DNA of 64,000 nucleotides from Thermodesulfobacteriota bacterium. Lineage in GTDB: Bacteria; Desulfobacterota_D; UBA1144; Nemesobacterales; JAJCZQ01. The position numbers were made by a program, and so were the translations under genes. Under the pieces are notes generated by a model that did no database searches, was not told where the DNA came from, and saw only the letters and a list, made by a program, of their open reading frames with translations. The stretch spans positions 1,248,001-1,312,000 of the forward strand of contig OZ244044.1 in assembly GCA_965215275.1 (NCBI GenBank), in the 5' to 3' direction. Shown here in pieces: positions 29,597 to 39,623 of the stretch; the first letter of the stretch is position 1; each line of letters begins with the position of its first letter.

Positions 29597-30118
29597 TTAC
29601 TCGTCTTTGATACTGGAACGATACAACTCCGTGTATGACCGTTTGATCTTTTTAACTTCTTTATTGTCTTTAAGGTTTGTCAGCAGCCTGCTTACCGTCT
29701 GCCGCAGCACCGGATGCTCAAGATCAGGTTCGATTTCGCAAAGGGGTTTCAGAACGAATTTTCTTTTATGGAGTTCTTTGTGCGGTATGGTAAGTTTTTT
29801 GGTCTCCATCACAAGATTTTCATAGAACAGCACGTCGAGATCTATTATCCTTGGAGCCCACCTCCTGCTGCTTCTGCGTCCCATATGTCTTTCTGTGGTT
29901 TTTAAAGAATCCAGCAGCTTATGATGTGAAAGCGTCGTTTTTACCTTAGCCACTGCATTTATAAATCTTGGCTGACCTTCACTGCCCACGGGTTCGGTTT
30001 CATAAAAAGATGACACTGTGTTGATCGTTGTGAATTCTGAAATTGCCTTTAAGGCGTTAAGGCAGTTTTCAATTCTGTTTCCCAAGTTGGAACCGATACC
30101 TATGTAAACGTTAAACAT
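29597..30118 (-). CDS. folK: 2-amino-4-hydroxy-6-hydroxymethyldihydropteridine pyrophosphokinase
   Basis: YIGIGSNLG, YETEP, PRIIDLDVL, IPH...RKFVLKPL. Confidence 0.95.
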   Translation of the reverse strand: MFNVYIGIGSNLGNRIENCLNALKAISEFTTINTVSSFYETEPVGSEGQPRFINAVAKVKTTLSHHKLLDSLKTTERHMGRRSSRRWAPRIIDLDVLFYENLVMETKKLTIPHKELHKRKFVLKPLCEIEPDLEHPVLRQTVSRLLTNLKDNKEVKKIKRSYTELYRSSIKDE

Positions 30119-30206
30119 TATGTTTTTATTTAAGCAGATTTTGTTCTATAATGAAAATGTGAAAAATAAGGAAGTATTAACCAGCAAAACAAGGGAAGGG
30201 TAAATT

Positions 30207-30845
30207 ATGAGTAGCACAAGTAGATATTCCGGCTCGCAAAGTAAGTATGCAATGTTAAGGCAAAAGTTAACTCCTTTGCTTAAAAAAAGCGATTTTACCG
30301 TTAAGCAACTTGTTTCAATCGGGGTTCATTATATTGAATCCGACGGATATCAGACAAGTGTAGCTGAGATTGAGAAAGAGATAAGAATGGCAACTCGGCC
30401 AGTAGGGCACTGGAAGAATAAATGGGGATTTAGGTGTGCTACTGATCCTGCAGGTTCCGGTAAATTCGGTGTTAGCTTTGTTAAAGATAAGTTCAGTGGA
30501 ATAGTTACTATAGAGGAAGATAGCAGGTATCAGACTAAAACAGATAGAACACAAACAACAAAAACAACGATACTGCTGGACGACAGTGATATTGAAGGGT
30601 TTTTAAAGGATCTAAGCGGTTGGCACAGAGCGGGTAATGAAATATCAAAGGTGTACAGATGTAAGACCTTCGTAGATTCCATTGGCTTTGTTAACAAAAT
30701 TGCCATTCTTGCTGAAAAAACTGATCATCATCCCGATATACTGATCAACTATAGCAAGGTCACTATAACACTCTCCACTCACAGTGAAGAAGGAATCACA
30801 ATTAAAGATATAATCCTTGCCAAAGAGATCGAGGGACTTCGTTAG
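30207..30845 (+). CDS. Pterin-4a-carbinolamine dehydratase domain fused to an unknown N-terminal domain
   Basis: C-terminal FVNKIAILAEKTDHHPDI...LSTHSEEGITIKD motif. Confidence 0.75.
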   Translation: MSSTSRYSGSQSKYAMLRQKLTPLLKKSDFTVKQLVSIGVHYIESDGYQTSVAEIEKEIRMATRPVGHWKNKWGFRCATDPAGSGKFGVSFVKDKFSGIVTIEEDSRYQTKTDRTQTTKTTILLDDSDIEGFLKDLSGWHRAGNEISKVYRCKTFVDSIGFVNKIAILAEKTDHHPDILINYSKVTITLSTHSEEGITIKDIILAKEIEGLR

Positions 30846-30846
30846 T

Positions 30847-31155
30847 ATGGAATATGCCCAGGTATCAACGGTTTTTTATGCCATCTGTTTGACCATACTG
30901 TTCTTTTGCATTCTTTCGCTCAGGATGGCTTTTACAAACGCCGGATATGCAAAGTATTGCAGATATTTTATCAGAGCAGCAGGTGTTTTACCGGGGTTTA
31001 TTGGCGTTTTATACGGCGTCTATCTTCAGTTCATAGTAAATGACCCCTCCGGGCTGGTTATAATGACAGGTTCTTTGCTGCTGGAGGTGGCTTCCGTTCA
31101 ACTGCTTTACGTTTTAAAAAAGCACGATCAGGATTTGGATGCTGGATCCAGATAG
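30847..31155 (+). CDS. Small hypothetical membrane protein
   Basis: Three hydrophobic segments; ATG 2 nt after the upstream stop. Confidence 0.55.
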   Translation: MEYAQVSTVFYAICLTILFFCILSLRMAFTNAGYAKYCRYFIRAAGVLPGFIGVLYGVYLQFIVNDPSGLVIMTGSLLLEVASVQLLYVLKKHDQDLDAGSR

Positions 31156-31270
31156 GTAAATAAGGCAGGATCGAGACCGCTCTGACTGAAACTGGTGCAA
31201 TATAATACTCCGAATTAAATCTCCAGTTTGTTATAAGAATGTATTTTTCTCTGGAGCAAGTGACTTTTAA

Positions 31271-32725
31271 ATGAATATAAAGCTCTGTTTTCACATAGTT
31301 GGCACTTTTTTACAGTTTTTTGGCGGGTTGATGTTAATACCGTCCATCTGTTCCCTTATATACGGGTCAGGAGATGAGTACTTTTTCTTATTAACGGCAT
31401 TTATAACGGTATCTTCTGGGTTATTGCTGAAAATATTAAGCAGTGAAGCCAAAGATATAACCGAGCTGGGCAGAAAAGAAGCTTTTATTGTGGTTTTTTT
31501 ATGCTGGGTTGTAGCGAGTTTATTTGGTTCTCTTCCTTACATCTTCATGTCGGTATTTTCTAGCCCGGTGGATGCCTGGTTTGAATCCGTGGCAGGATTT
31601 ACCACGACGGGTGCCAGTGTTATTGAAGACCCATCGGTATTGCCCAGTGGTCTGCTCTTTTACAGGAGTTTTACCCAGTGGTTGGGCGGGATGGGGATCA
31701 TAGTACTGGGAGTTGCTATACTGCCCAGACTGTCCGTGGGTGGTATGCAGCTCATGAGCCTCGAATCTCCGGGTTTTGTTAAGGAAAGACTAACCCCGAA
31801 GATCGCCAAGACGGCCAAAAAGCTATGGATAATATATGTTGGCATGTCGTTGTTACTGGTCCTTTTGCTCCTGCTTTGTGGACTGCCTTTATTTGATGCC
31901 ATAGTTACTTCGTTCAGTACTTTATCCATCGGTGGGTTCACTGTAACAAGTGCCAGTATAGGAGGCTATAACAACTACTTGGTCGAGGTGTTGATAATGC
32001 TGTTTATGTTCCTTGCCGGGATTAATTTCCTTCTCCACTATTTTCTGTTAACCGGCAAGTTCTCAAAAGTATTCAGGAATTCCGAGCTGAAATTCTACGC
32101 CTTCCTGGTTTTGTTTTTCATTATTGTTGTGTGCCTGGACCTTTGGATCACGGGTTATTATGGATTTGCAGATGCTCTGAGATACTCTTCTTTTCAGGTT
32201 ATATCTGTTTTAACCACCACCGGTTTCAGTTCCGTGGATTATGGTTCTTGGCCAACGTTTTCTGTATTTGCACTGCTTGCCATGATGTTTATAGGTGCCT
32301 GTGCGGGTTCGACCACGGGATCTATTAAAGTGATCCGGATATTGATATTAGTTAAAAAAGGCTACAGAGAGATAGTCCAGCTGATCCGGACGCGTGCGGT
32401 GCACCCTATAAGGATTAACAAAAAAGCAGTGGAAAATGAAGTAGTGTCAAGTGTTACGAGTTTTTTCCTTCTTTACATATTTATATTCGTACTGTCTGTT
32501 CTGTTCATACTTATGATCGAGGATATATCGGTTGTTGGTGCACTGTCGGCGTGTGCTGCCGCGATAGGTAACGTCGGTCCGGGATTGGAAGAACTGGGTC
32601 CGGCAAACAACTATAAGTTTTTATCAAGTCTTTCTAAATTATGGCTGTGCCTTTTAATGCTTCTGGGCAGGCTGGAGTTGTATACGGTTCTGGTTATTTT
32701 TACGCCGATGTTCTGGCGGAAATGA
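31271..32725 (+). CDS. trkH: Trk potassium uptake membrane protein
   Basis: FESVAGFTTTGAS, QWLGGMGIIV, TTTGF, GSTTGSIK, GNVGPG, GRLE. Confidence 0.95.
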   Translation: MNIKLCFHIVGTFLQFFGGLMLIPSICSLIYGSGDEYFFLLTAFITVSSGLLLKILSSEAKDITELGRKEAFIVVFLCWVVASLFGSLPYIFMSVFSSPVDAWFESVAGFTTTGASVIEDPSVLPSGLLFYRSFTQWLGGMGIIVLGVAILPRLSVGGMQLMSLESPGFVKERLTPKIAKTAKKLWIIYVGMSLLLVLLLLLCGLPLFDAIVTSFSTLSIGGFTVTSASIGGYNNYLVEVLIMLFMFLAGINFLLHYFLLTGKFSKVFRNSELKFYAFLVLFFIIVVCLDLWITGYYGFADALRYSSFQVISVLTTTGFSSVDYGSWPTFSVFALLAMMFIGACAGSTTGSIKVIRILILVKKGYREIVQLIRTRAVHPIRINKKAVENEVVSSVTSFFLLYIFIFVLSVLFILMIEDISVVGALSACAAAIGNVGPGLEELGPANNYKFLSSLSKLWLCLLMLLGRLELYTVLVIFTPMFWRK

Positions 32726-32787
32726 ACTAATTTGTGGAATTAGCGAATTGTGTTATGTTTCGACAAATGTGCAGTTAGGGAGGAAAT

Positions 32788-33744
32788 ATGAATTTGAGTA
32801 AATTGCAATCAGTTAATTTAATAGAGGTATGGAAAAAAGAAACAGAGTTTACCAATTGGTTAATAAAAGCAGAAAATTTAAAATTGCTGAGTGAGGAGTT
32901 AGGTATAGGTATAATCAATCTTATTCAAACTGAAGGTAATCCTATTGATAATTTAAAATATGATATTTTAGCGGAGGGTGAAGACAACAAAAAAATTATT
33001 ATTGAAAATCAATTCAGAATCACAGACCACGACCATTTAGGGAAAGCAATTACTTATGCTTCGGGAGTTGATGCCGAGATTGTAATTTGGATTGCTGAAT
33101 ATTGTAGCGAAGCACATAAAAAAGCAGTTGATTTTTTAAATAGTCACACAAGTGACAAACTTAACTTCTTTCTTGTTAGAATAGAATTATGGAAAATTGA
33201 CGATTCTAATCCGTCTCCCAAATTTGAAGTCATTTCTCAACCTAATGATTGGGAAAAAATGTTGAAAGCATCTCAGCAAAAAGAACTATCACCCATTCGA
33301 TCGCTACAATATAATTTTTGGGACGAGTTTAAGGAGTATTGTATAAAGAATCGTTCAACATTACAAATTCAAGGAATTCACCCAAAGCCACAAAATTTGT
33401 TTGATATACGTTATGGAGATTCTAAAAGTAATATTCGATTACTTTTAGATTTCTCGAAAATCAACGGAAAATTCCAGAACGGAAAAATTTGGACTTCTAT
33501 TCTTATAACGGATAAAGACAAATCATTGTATTCTAAATTTTACTCAAATAGGGAAGAAATTGAAACAAAATTGAATACTAAACTGACATGGAATCCATCT
33601 CCTGAAGATAAAACAGTCTCTAAAATTATGATACACAAAGAGGTTAATGATATTACTAACAGAGATGAATGGGAAAAAGAATGTTTTAGTTGGTTAAAAA
33701 CTACAGCCGAGAAATTTTCTAATACATTTAAGGAATATATTTAG
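32788..33744 (+). CDS. DUF4268-domain protein with N-terminal nuclease-like domain
   Basis: DILAE...IIIENQ...DHDHLGKAITYASG motif; C-terminal FWDEF...EIETKL...W; low GC. Confidence 0.7.
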   Translation: MNLSKLQSVNLIEVWKKETEFTNWLIKAENLKLLSEELGIGIINLIQTEGNPIDNLKYDILAEGEDNKKIIIENQFRITDHDHLGKAITYASGVDAEIVIWIAEYCSEAHKKAVDFLNSHTSDKLNFFLVRIELWKIDDSNPSPKFEVISQPNDWEKMLKASQQKELSPIRSLQYNFWDEFKEYCIKNRSTLQIQGIHPKPQNLFDIRYGDSKSNIRLLLDFSKINGKFQNGKIWTSILITDKDKSLYSKFYSNREEIETKLNTKLTWNPSPEDKTVSKIMIHKEVNDITNRDEWEKECFSWLKTTAEKFSNTFKEYI

Positions 33745-33872
33745 TTTTTATAGTCCCCGTCTGAAGTTTTTGTATATTTTCCTGAATACTTGATGTGTTG
33801 TCTTTCTTTTTCTATCCATATAGTCAAGTATATAATCCTTTATAATAAACTGTAAATTATGAGGAGAATTAT

Positions 33873-35198
33873 ATGAAGGATGTGAACTTAAGACTGTTAG
33901 AGGCTGCAGATAAAGGAGATACCAAAACTCTTAAAGGTCTAATTATTGGTGGAGCAGATGTAAATAGCAGGGATTCCAAAGGTGGTAGCACTCCTCTTCA
34001 CTATAGCTGCAGGAAAGGTCACACGGAAGTTGTCAAATGTTTGATCGTTGCTGATGCCGATATTAATGCAAGAAGGAGTGATAATGGCAATACTCCGTTG
34101 CATGAGACTGCTAAAAGAGGTGTAACTGAGATCGTTAAACTTCTGCTTTTTGAAAAAGCTTATGCTTCAAGTATAGACCAGCCGGGTGGAAAGAAAAATT
34201 TTATGCCTTCTAAAGCAATTATCCATGCAAGGAATGATTTTGGCAATACTGCGTTGCATGAAGCTACTAACAGCGGCAATCTTGAAGTCGTTAAATGGCT
34301 GCTTGCTTTTCATGCAGACATTGAGGCAGAGGGAATGTATAACTGGAAGCCACTACACTATGCCTCTTGTGTGGGTAATCCTGAAACAGTCAAGATACTG
34401 TTAGACCGCCGTGCGGAGGTTAACTCAAAAAACAAGTGGGGAGATATGCCGTTACATTTAGCCGTTAAAAATAAAACCGAAGCGGTTAAAACGCTAATAG
34501 CTGCTGGTGCTGACATTAATGCAAAGGGTAATTGTGGTAATACACCTCTTCACTATGCTGCTGATACTGACGGCAGTGGTATTTTCAGAAAAAAGAAAGA
34601 ACTTGGATTTATACTCTCTGTTGCAGATTTAATTCAGCTCCTTATAGATGCCGGTGCTGATATGAACGCAAGACAGCAAAACGGTGAAACCCCACTTCAT
34701 ATTGCTTGTCGCAGCTTTAAGTCATATAAAGAAGCGGTTAAAGCACTGATAGATAGTGGTGCTGATGTGAATGCAAAAGACAATAGTGGAGAAACGCCAA
34801 TAATTGTGGCTTATAAATATGAACATATTGAAGTCGTTCAATCTTTAATTGACGCTGGGGCTGACATCCAGGACTTAATTGAATTCAAAGAAAATATTCA
34901 AAACACTAACGGCTGGACACCACTGCACTATGCTGCTAGTGGAAGTTACACTTCTATGTTGGAGTTGTTAATTGATGCCGGTGTAGATGTAAACGCAAGG
35001 GATAATGACAATCATGCACCACTGCACTGCGCTGTCCATGAAGGTAGTCACAAAAAAGAGGCAATTAAAATCCTAATTGCTGCTGGTGCTGATGTTAATA
35101 TAAAAGGCAATGACGGAGTAACACCTTTACAATTAGCTATTGAGGAGGATAACACCGAAATTGCCGAAATACTGCGCGAAGCCGGGGCCAAAGAATAA
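33873..35198 (+). CDS. Ankyrin-repeat protein
   Basis: Around ten GxTPLH...LI.AGADVNA repeats. Confidence 0.95.
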   Translation: MKDVNLRLLEAADKGDTKTLKGLIIGGADVNSRDSKGGSTPLHYSCRKGHTEVVKCLIVADADINARRSDNGNTPLHETAKRGVTEIVKLLLFEKAYASSIDQPGGKKNFMPSKAIIHARNDFGNTALHEATNSGNLEVVKWLLAFHADIEAEGMYNWKPLHYASCVGNPETVKILLDRRAEVNSKNKWGDMPLHLAVKNKTEAVKTLIAAGADINAKGNCGNTPLHYAADTDGSGIFRKKKELGFILSVADLIQLLIDAGADMNARQQNGETPLHIACRSFKSYKEAVKALIDSGADVNAKDNSGETPIIVAYKYEHIEVVQSLIDAGADIQDLIEFKENIQNTNGWTPLHYAASGSYTSMLELLIDAGVDVNARDNDNHAPLHCAVHEGSHKKEAIKILIAAGADVNIKGNDGVTPLQLAIEEDNTEIAEILREAGAKE

Positions 35199-35338
35199 GT
35201 TTGAGACTTGCGGTGGCACTATTTTCAAGAAAACGTCCTGTATTGATCTGATAATCACTTTTTTACTCCTTTCCACCTTGCGACACTGTACAGACGTGAT
35301 ATAATGAAACCTTTATTATTCATCAGGAGGCAAGTCAG

Positions 35339-36481
35339 GTGGGTTTAAATTTTGAATTTACAGAAGAACAGAGAATGTTCAAGGATATGATCGTTGATTT
35401 TGGTCAGAACGAGATAGAACCTTTGGTAGAGGACGCGGAAAAGAACGAGTTGTTTCCTGTGGAACTCTTTCCTAAACTGGGGGAAATGGGGTTGCTCGGT
35501 ATAGTTTTTCCGGAAGAGTACGGCGGGGTTGGGCTGGATAAGATCACTGACTGTATATTTTCTGAGGAGATGGGGAAAATAAACGCAGGTATAGCAATGT
35601 GCATTAACGCCCACACGAGCCTTTCAATGTTCCCTATATATAAATTTGGTACAGAAGAGCAAAAACAGAAGTACCTGGTGCCTGGAATTACAGGAGAAAA
35701 GATAGGGTCACTGGGACTTACTGAACCTTTTGCAGGGTCGGATGCAAGGAGTATCAGAACTACAGCGGTTAAAAAAGGGGACAAATATGTATTAAACGGA
35801 ACAAAAACCTGGATAACCAACGGCACGATCTGTGATTATGCGATCGTTGCTGCCTATACGAACAAGGAAAAAAAAGGGACGGGGATCAGTATATTCATTG
35901 TGGATAACGATGCCCCGGGTTTCTCCGTAAGTCAGAAGATGCACAAACTTGGACACAGGTCGGCTGATACTTCGGAGCTTATTTTTGAGAACTGCGAGGT
36001 TTCCGAGGAAAATGTGCTTGTGGGTGAAGGTGGTTTTCAGGGTGCCATGGAAACGTTGCTTGGTGCAAGAATTACACATGCGGCAAAGTCCGTTGGAATT
36101 GCCCAGGCAGCTCTGGATTATGCGCTTCAGTATTCCAAAGAGAGAGAGGCCTTTGGCAGACCGATCTCCAAGTTCCAGGCAATAAGTTTTAAACTTGCCG
36201 ATATGGCGATGAAAGTGGAAACCGCCAGATTAATGGTCTATAAAGCTGCCTGGCTTTACAGCAATGGCAAGAAATGTCTGAAAGAAGCATCTATGGCCAA
36301 GTTGTATGCTGCAGAAATAGTGCAGGACGTGGCAACTGAATGCGTGCAGGTCCTCGGAGGTTACGGCTACAGCGTTGAGTATCTTGCGGAGCGTTACTAC
36401 AGGGACGCAAAACTGGCGTCACTGACCGAAGGTACTTCCGAGATCCAGCGTATAGTCATATCAAGGGAATTGGGAATATAG
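35339..36481 (+). CDS. Acyl-CoA dehydrogenase
   Basis: GLTEPFAGSD, NGTKTWITNG, REAFGRPISKFQAI, EGTSEIQR. Confidence 0.95.
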   Translation: MGLNFEFTEEQRMFKDMIVDFGQNEIEPLVEDAEKNELFPVELFPKLGEMGLLGIVFPEEYGGVGLDKITDCIFSEEMGKINAGIAMCINAHTSLSMFPIYKFGTEEQKQKYLVPGITGEKIGSLGLTEPFAGSDARSIRTTAVKKGDKYVLNGTKTWITNGTICDYAIVAAYTNKEKKGTGISIFIVDNDAPGFSVSQKMHKLGHRSADTSELIFENCEVSEENVLVGEGGFQGAMETLLGARITHAAKSVGIAQAALDYALQYSKEREAFGRPISKFQAISFKLADMAMKVETARLMVYKAAWLYSNGKKCLKEASMAKLYAAEIVQDVATECVQVLGGYGYSVEYLAERYYRDAKLASLTEGTSEIQRIVISRELGI

Positions 36482-36562
36482 ATTGACTTTTTAATATTTT
36501 AGTATTAGTTTAATCAACTTTAATAAACAAGTTTTTAATAAAATATATTTTGAGGTGAGAAT

Positions 36563-37774
36563 ATGTCACAGAGTTTTCCAGGGATTGAAGAAACCCGTGA
36601 GTTATTAAAGAAGAAAAAGATAGTGATCGCCGGGGTCGGGGAGACCGAACAGGGAAAAATTCCCGACAAGAGTTCCTTTCATTTTCTTTCAGAAGCATCA
36701 AGGCTTGCAATTCAGGATGCAGGTATAAAAAAATCAGATGTCGATGGTCTGGTAACGGCATTTTCTTTAGTTGAGAATACGTTTATGCACTGTACTACTT
36801 TTGCCGATTATTTCGGTATGAGACCCAGTTTCTTTTCTTCGGTGGCAGTTGGTGGTGCTACTGCGGTTTGGATGGTTGCAGAAGCAACTATGGCCATTGC
36901 TTCAGGGCAGGCTGAAACTGTCCTTTGTGTAAGAGGTGATAATACTCTTTCAGGTATTTCCTCTTCAGGTATGGTCGCGTTGATCAGGGAGATGTGTCAT
37001 GCAGAGTTCGAGTATCCATACGGATTGACCACTCCGGGTGGTTATGCACTTGCAGCACAAAGGTATCTGCACGATTTTGGCAACAGACCGGAGCACTTGG
37101 CTGCAGTAGCCGTGACCATGAGAAAGCATGCCTCTGATAAAGAGAACGCAATGAACAAGGACCCGCTTACGATCGAAGACGTGCTTAGTTCAAGGGTAAT
37201 TGCTGAACCACTTCATAAGTATGATTGCTCTATAATTTCAGATGGTGGTGCAGCATTTATAGTTACGACCGAAGATAAGGCCAAGGAACTGGGAATTGAG
37301 AACGATCTGGCTTATCTCTGGGGAATGGGACAAGGTTACTCACATCAGTACCTTACGACCCTTCAGGATATAGATCAGATATACAATGCGGTCGATCATT
37401 CAGGTAAGAAGGCTTTTGGAACTGCAGGAATAGGTCCTTCGGACGTGGATATTGCTTATTTGTACGACTGTTTTACAATAACCGTTCTTCTTGAGCTTGA
37501 AGGTCTGGGTTTTGTGCCAAAAGGTGAAGGAGGGCCGTTTGCCCTTGAGGGACGTATGGAGATAGGCAAGGACCTTCCAACGAATACACATGGAGGGCTT
37601 TTATCCCAGGCACACCTGGGGGCCATGCACCATGTCGTTGAGGCCACTCTGCAGTTAAGAGGAGATGCTGGCAAGAGGCAGGTTGATGATGCCGAGGTTG
37701 CACTTGTTCACGGCAACGGAGGTATTGTTTCTGCTCATAGTACAGTTGTATTAGGTAATGAAGCACTTTCATAG
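36563..37774 (+). CDS. Thiolase-fold protein (SCP2/Ltp2-like)
   Basis: IAGVGET, DCSIISDGGAA, LYDCFT, NTHGGLLS; adjacent to DUF35. Confidence 0.85.
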   Translation: MSQSFPGIEETRELLKKKKIVIAGVGETEQGKIPDKSSFHFLSEASRLAIQDAGIKKSDVDGLVTAFSLVENTFMHCTTFADYFGMRPSFFSSVAVGGATAVWMVAEATMAIASGQAETVLCVRGDNTLSGISSSGMVALIREMCHAEFEYPYGLTTPGGYALAAQRYLHDFGNRPEHLAAVAVTMRKHASDKENAMNKDPLTIEDVLSSRVIAEPLHKYDCSIISDGGAAFIVTTEDKAKELGIENDLAYLWGMGQGYSHQYLTTLQDIDQIYNAVDHSGKKAFGTAGIGPSDVDIAYLYDCFTITVLLELEGLGFVPKGEGGPFALEGRMEIGKDLPTNTHGGLLSQAHLGAMHHVVEATLQLRGDAGKRQVDDAEVALVHGNGGIVSAHSTVVLGNEALS

Positions 37775-37790
37775 ATCAGGAGATAAGTAA

Positions 37791-38216
37791 ATGTCAGAAG
37801 AAAAAAAAGAATATAATAAGCCACTTCCGGAATTCAGACCGGAAACAAAACCATATTGGGAAGCATGTAAGAATCACGAACTTGTTATACCAAGGTCAAA
37901 AGTTACAGGTGAATACTTTTTCTATCCGAGGGCACTGTCCCCAGGTGACGATATGAGCGACGATATAGAATGGGTAAAGTCGGAAGGGAAAGGCAAGATC
38001 TGGACTTATTCAATTCACCACATGGGACCTACAAAAGCGTATAAAGGTGACCCACCGTATGTTGTGGCACTGATAGAAATGAACGAAGGGGTTAAAATGA
38101 TGTCCAACGTTATTGACGTGGATGTTAAAGACGTTCACATTGGAATGGAAGTTGAAGTTGTGTTTGAGGACGTGACCGACGAAGTAACCCTTCCAAAGTT
38201 CAAACCAGTGCAGTAA
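37791..38216 (+). CDS. DUF35 OB-fold protein
   Basis: KPLP...PYWEA, FYPR, GKGKIWTYSI, PYVVALIEMNEGVKMMSN, LPKFKP. Confidence 0.88.
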   Translation: MSEEKKEYNKPLPEFRPETKPYWEACKNHELVIPRSKVTGEYFFYPRALSPGDDMSDDIEWVKSEGKGKIWTYSIHHMGPTKAYKGDPPYVVALIEMNEGVKMMSNVIDVDVKDVHIGMEVEVVFEDVTDEVTLPKFKPVQ

Positions 38217-38248
38217 CTGACTTGGTGGTAAAACGATAAAAACTTATT

Positions 38249-38401
38249 ATGGGCAGAAAAATTCGTAGTGATGCACGTGTAAAAACTGTAGAAAAAAAGT
38301 TGGATATTGGTAATAGTCTGACTAATCCTAGCGGGCGCAATGCTCGTTCTGATAAAAAAATTGGAACACTTCGCAAGGAGTGGAAAAAGAAAGGTAAGTA
38401 G
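38249..38401 (+). CDS. 50-aa basic protein with an internal repeat (not in the ORF track)
   Basis: MGRKIRSDARVKTVEKKLDIGNSLTNPSGRNARSDKKIGTLRKEWKKKGK; RSD motif occurs twice. Confidence 0.65.
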   Translation: MGRKIRSDARVKTVEKKLDIGNSLTNPSGRNARSDKKIGTLRKEWKKKGK

Positions 38402-38488
38402 TACAGAGTACTCCACGACTTTATTTCGAATAATTAAATCATCCCTTATCTGTACTTCCGCGGAGGGATTTCAAAAGGAGAATAGATT

Positions 38489-38941
38489 ATGTCCAGGCTT
38501 TTTTATGAAGATTTAGAAGAAGGTGCAGAGCATAAGAGTTCAGGAAGAACGGTGACTGAATCTGACGTTGTTAATTTTGCTGGGATATCAGCTGACTATA
38601 ACAACATGCACGTTGATGAAGAGTTTGCCAAAAAAACGGTTTTTAAGACCAGGGTAGCTCACGGAATGCTCGTTACATCCATAGCCACGGGTCTTTGGTT
38701 TACTATGCCAAGGCTGGCTACCGTTGCTTTCATGGGACTTGAGGATTGGCGTTTTTCCGGGGCAGTTTTTCCGGGCGACACAGTTCATATAACCCGTAAA
38801 CTTGTTGAAAAAAGGGAGCATAAACGTCCTAATATGGGTTTTTTCATATTTGAGGTCAATGTCCACAACCAGAAAGAGGAAGTGGTTCAGAAAGGCAAGT
38901 GGGTTATTTTAGTTCAGAGAAAAGAGAAAGAAGGGTCATAA
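38489..38941 (+). CDS. MaoC-family hotdog dehydratase
   Basis: GRTVTESDVVNFAGISADYNNMHVD...RVAHGML. Confidence 0.9.
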   Translation: MSRLFYEDLEEGAEHKSSGRTVTESDVVNFAGISADYNNMHVDEEFAKKTVFKTRVAHGMLVTSIATGLWFTMPRLATVAFMGLEDWRFSGAVFPGDTVHITRKLVEKREHKRPNMGFFIFEVNVHNQKEEVVQKGKWVILVQRKEKEGS

Positions 38942-39000
38942 TATCTGACGTCAGATCATTTATTTAGAGGGTACGTAGTGATCCCTATATATCCTTACCT

Positions 39001-39357
39001 TTGTTAAGCTTTTTGATAGCGGGGTTTGCGTTCTATGTAGGAGAATTCTTTAATTTAGGGTTTTTTACAGAAAGGGTAGAAAAACACTTGTTTTCCATAG
39101 TGATAGTATCTACCTCAGTGATTACGGGTAGTTTCTTCATTACCAAGACATATATAAATAGTCAGATAAGTATTAAGGAAAAAGAAATGGGTAAAGAACT
39201 TAGAGAAGCTGCTAAAGAAATCATAAAGGAACAAAGAGAAAGTCTTATTTCCCAATTTGAAAAGCAAAAAGAAAGTCTGTTTGTAGAACTTGACGAGAGA
39301 CTTGATAGGAAACTTATTAATTATAAAAACGAAATCATTGAGGCCCTCCGTAGTTAA
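39001..39357 (+). CDS. Hypothetical membrane protein with coiled-coil tail
   Basis: Two hydrophobic segments and a charged C-terminus; start uncertain. Confidence 0.5.
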   Translation: MLSFLIAGFAFYVGEFFNLGFFTERVEKHLFSIVIVSTSVITGSFFITKTYINSQISIKEKEMGKELREAAKEIIKEQRESLISQFEKQKESLFVELDERLDRKLINYKNEIIEALRS

Positions 39358-39623
39358 TTTTCTTCTTTAATTATCTCTTGAAGTTGCTGGAGCGCAATTT
39401 ATAAAGTTAATATAACTTGCCTCCCCCCCCATTTTATCCTAAACAGGTTGGAGTTTTTTAGTATTTTCACCAATCTTTGTATATGATCAGCAAAGAGGAT
39501 TTACTTTGGGCAGAAAAACGGAGATTAATCCCTCATATATCAGCAACGGTGGAAGAGGGTAGCTGAAGGTAAATAAGTTATATTATCTCTTGGCTAACGA
39601 TGTATATAAATCCCTTGTTTTTC

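Noticed and set aside
32724..32790. attC-like GTTAGGG before the DUF4268 gene
   Set aside because: No matching RYYYAAC inverse core, no convincing hairpin, and no integrase in the window.
39361..39520. C8 tract (39423-39430) and a faint ArsR-like remnant on the minus strand
   Set aside because: No ORF could be restored by changing the tract length; the similarity is too weak to call.
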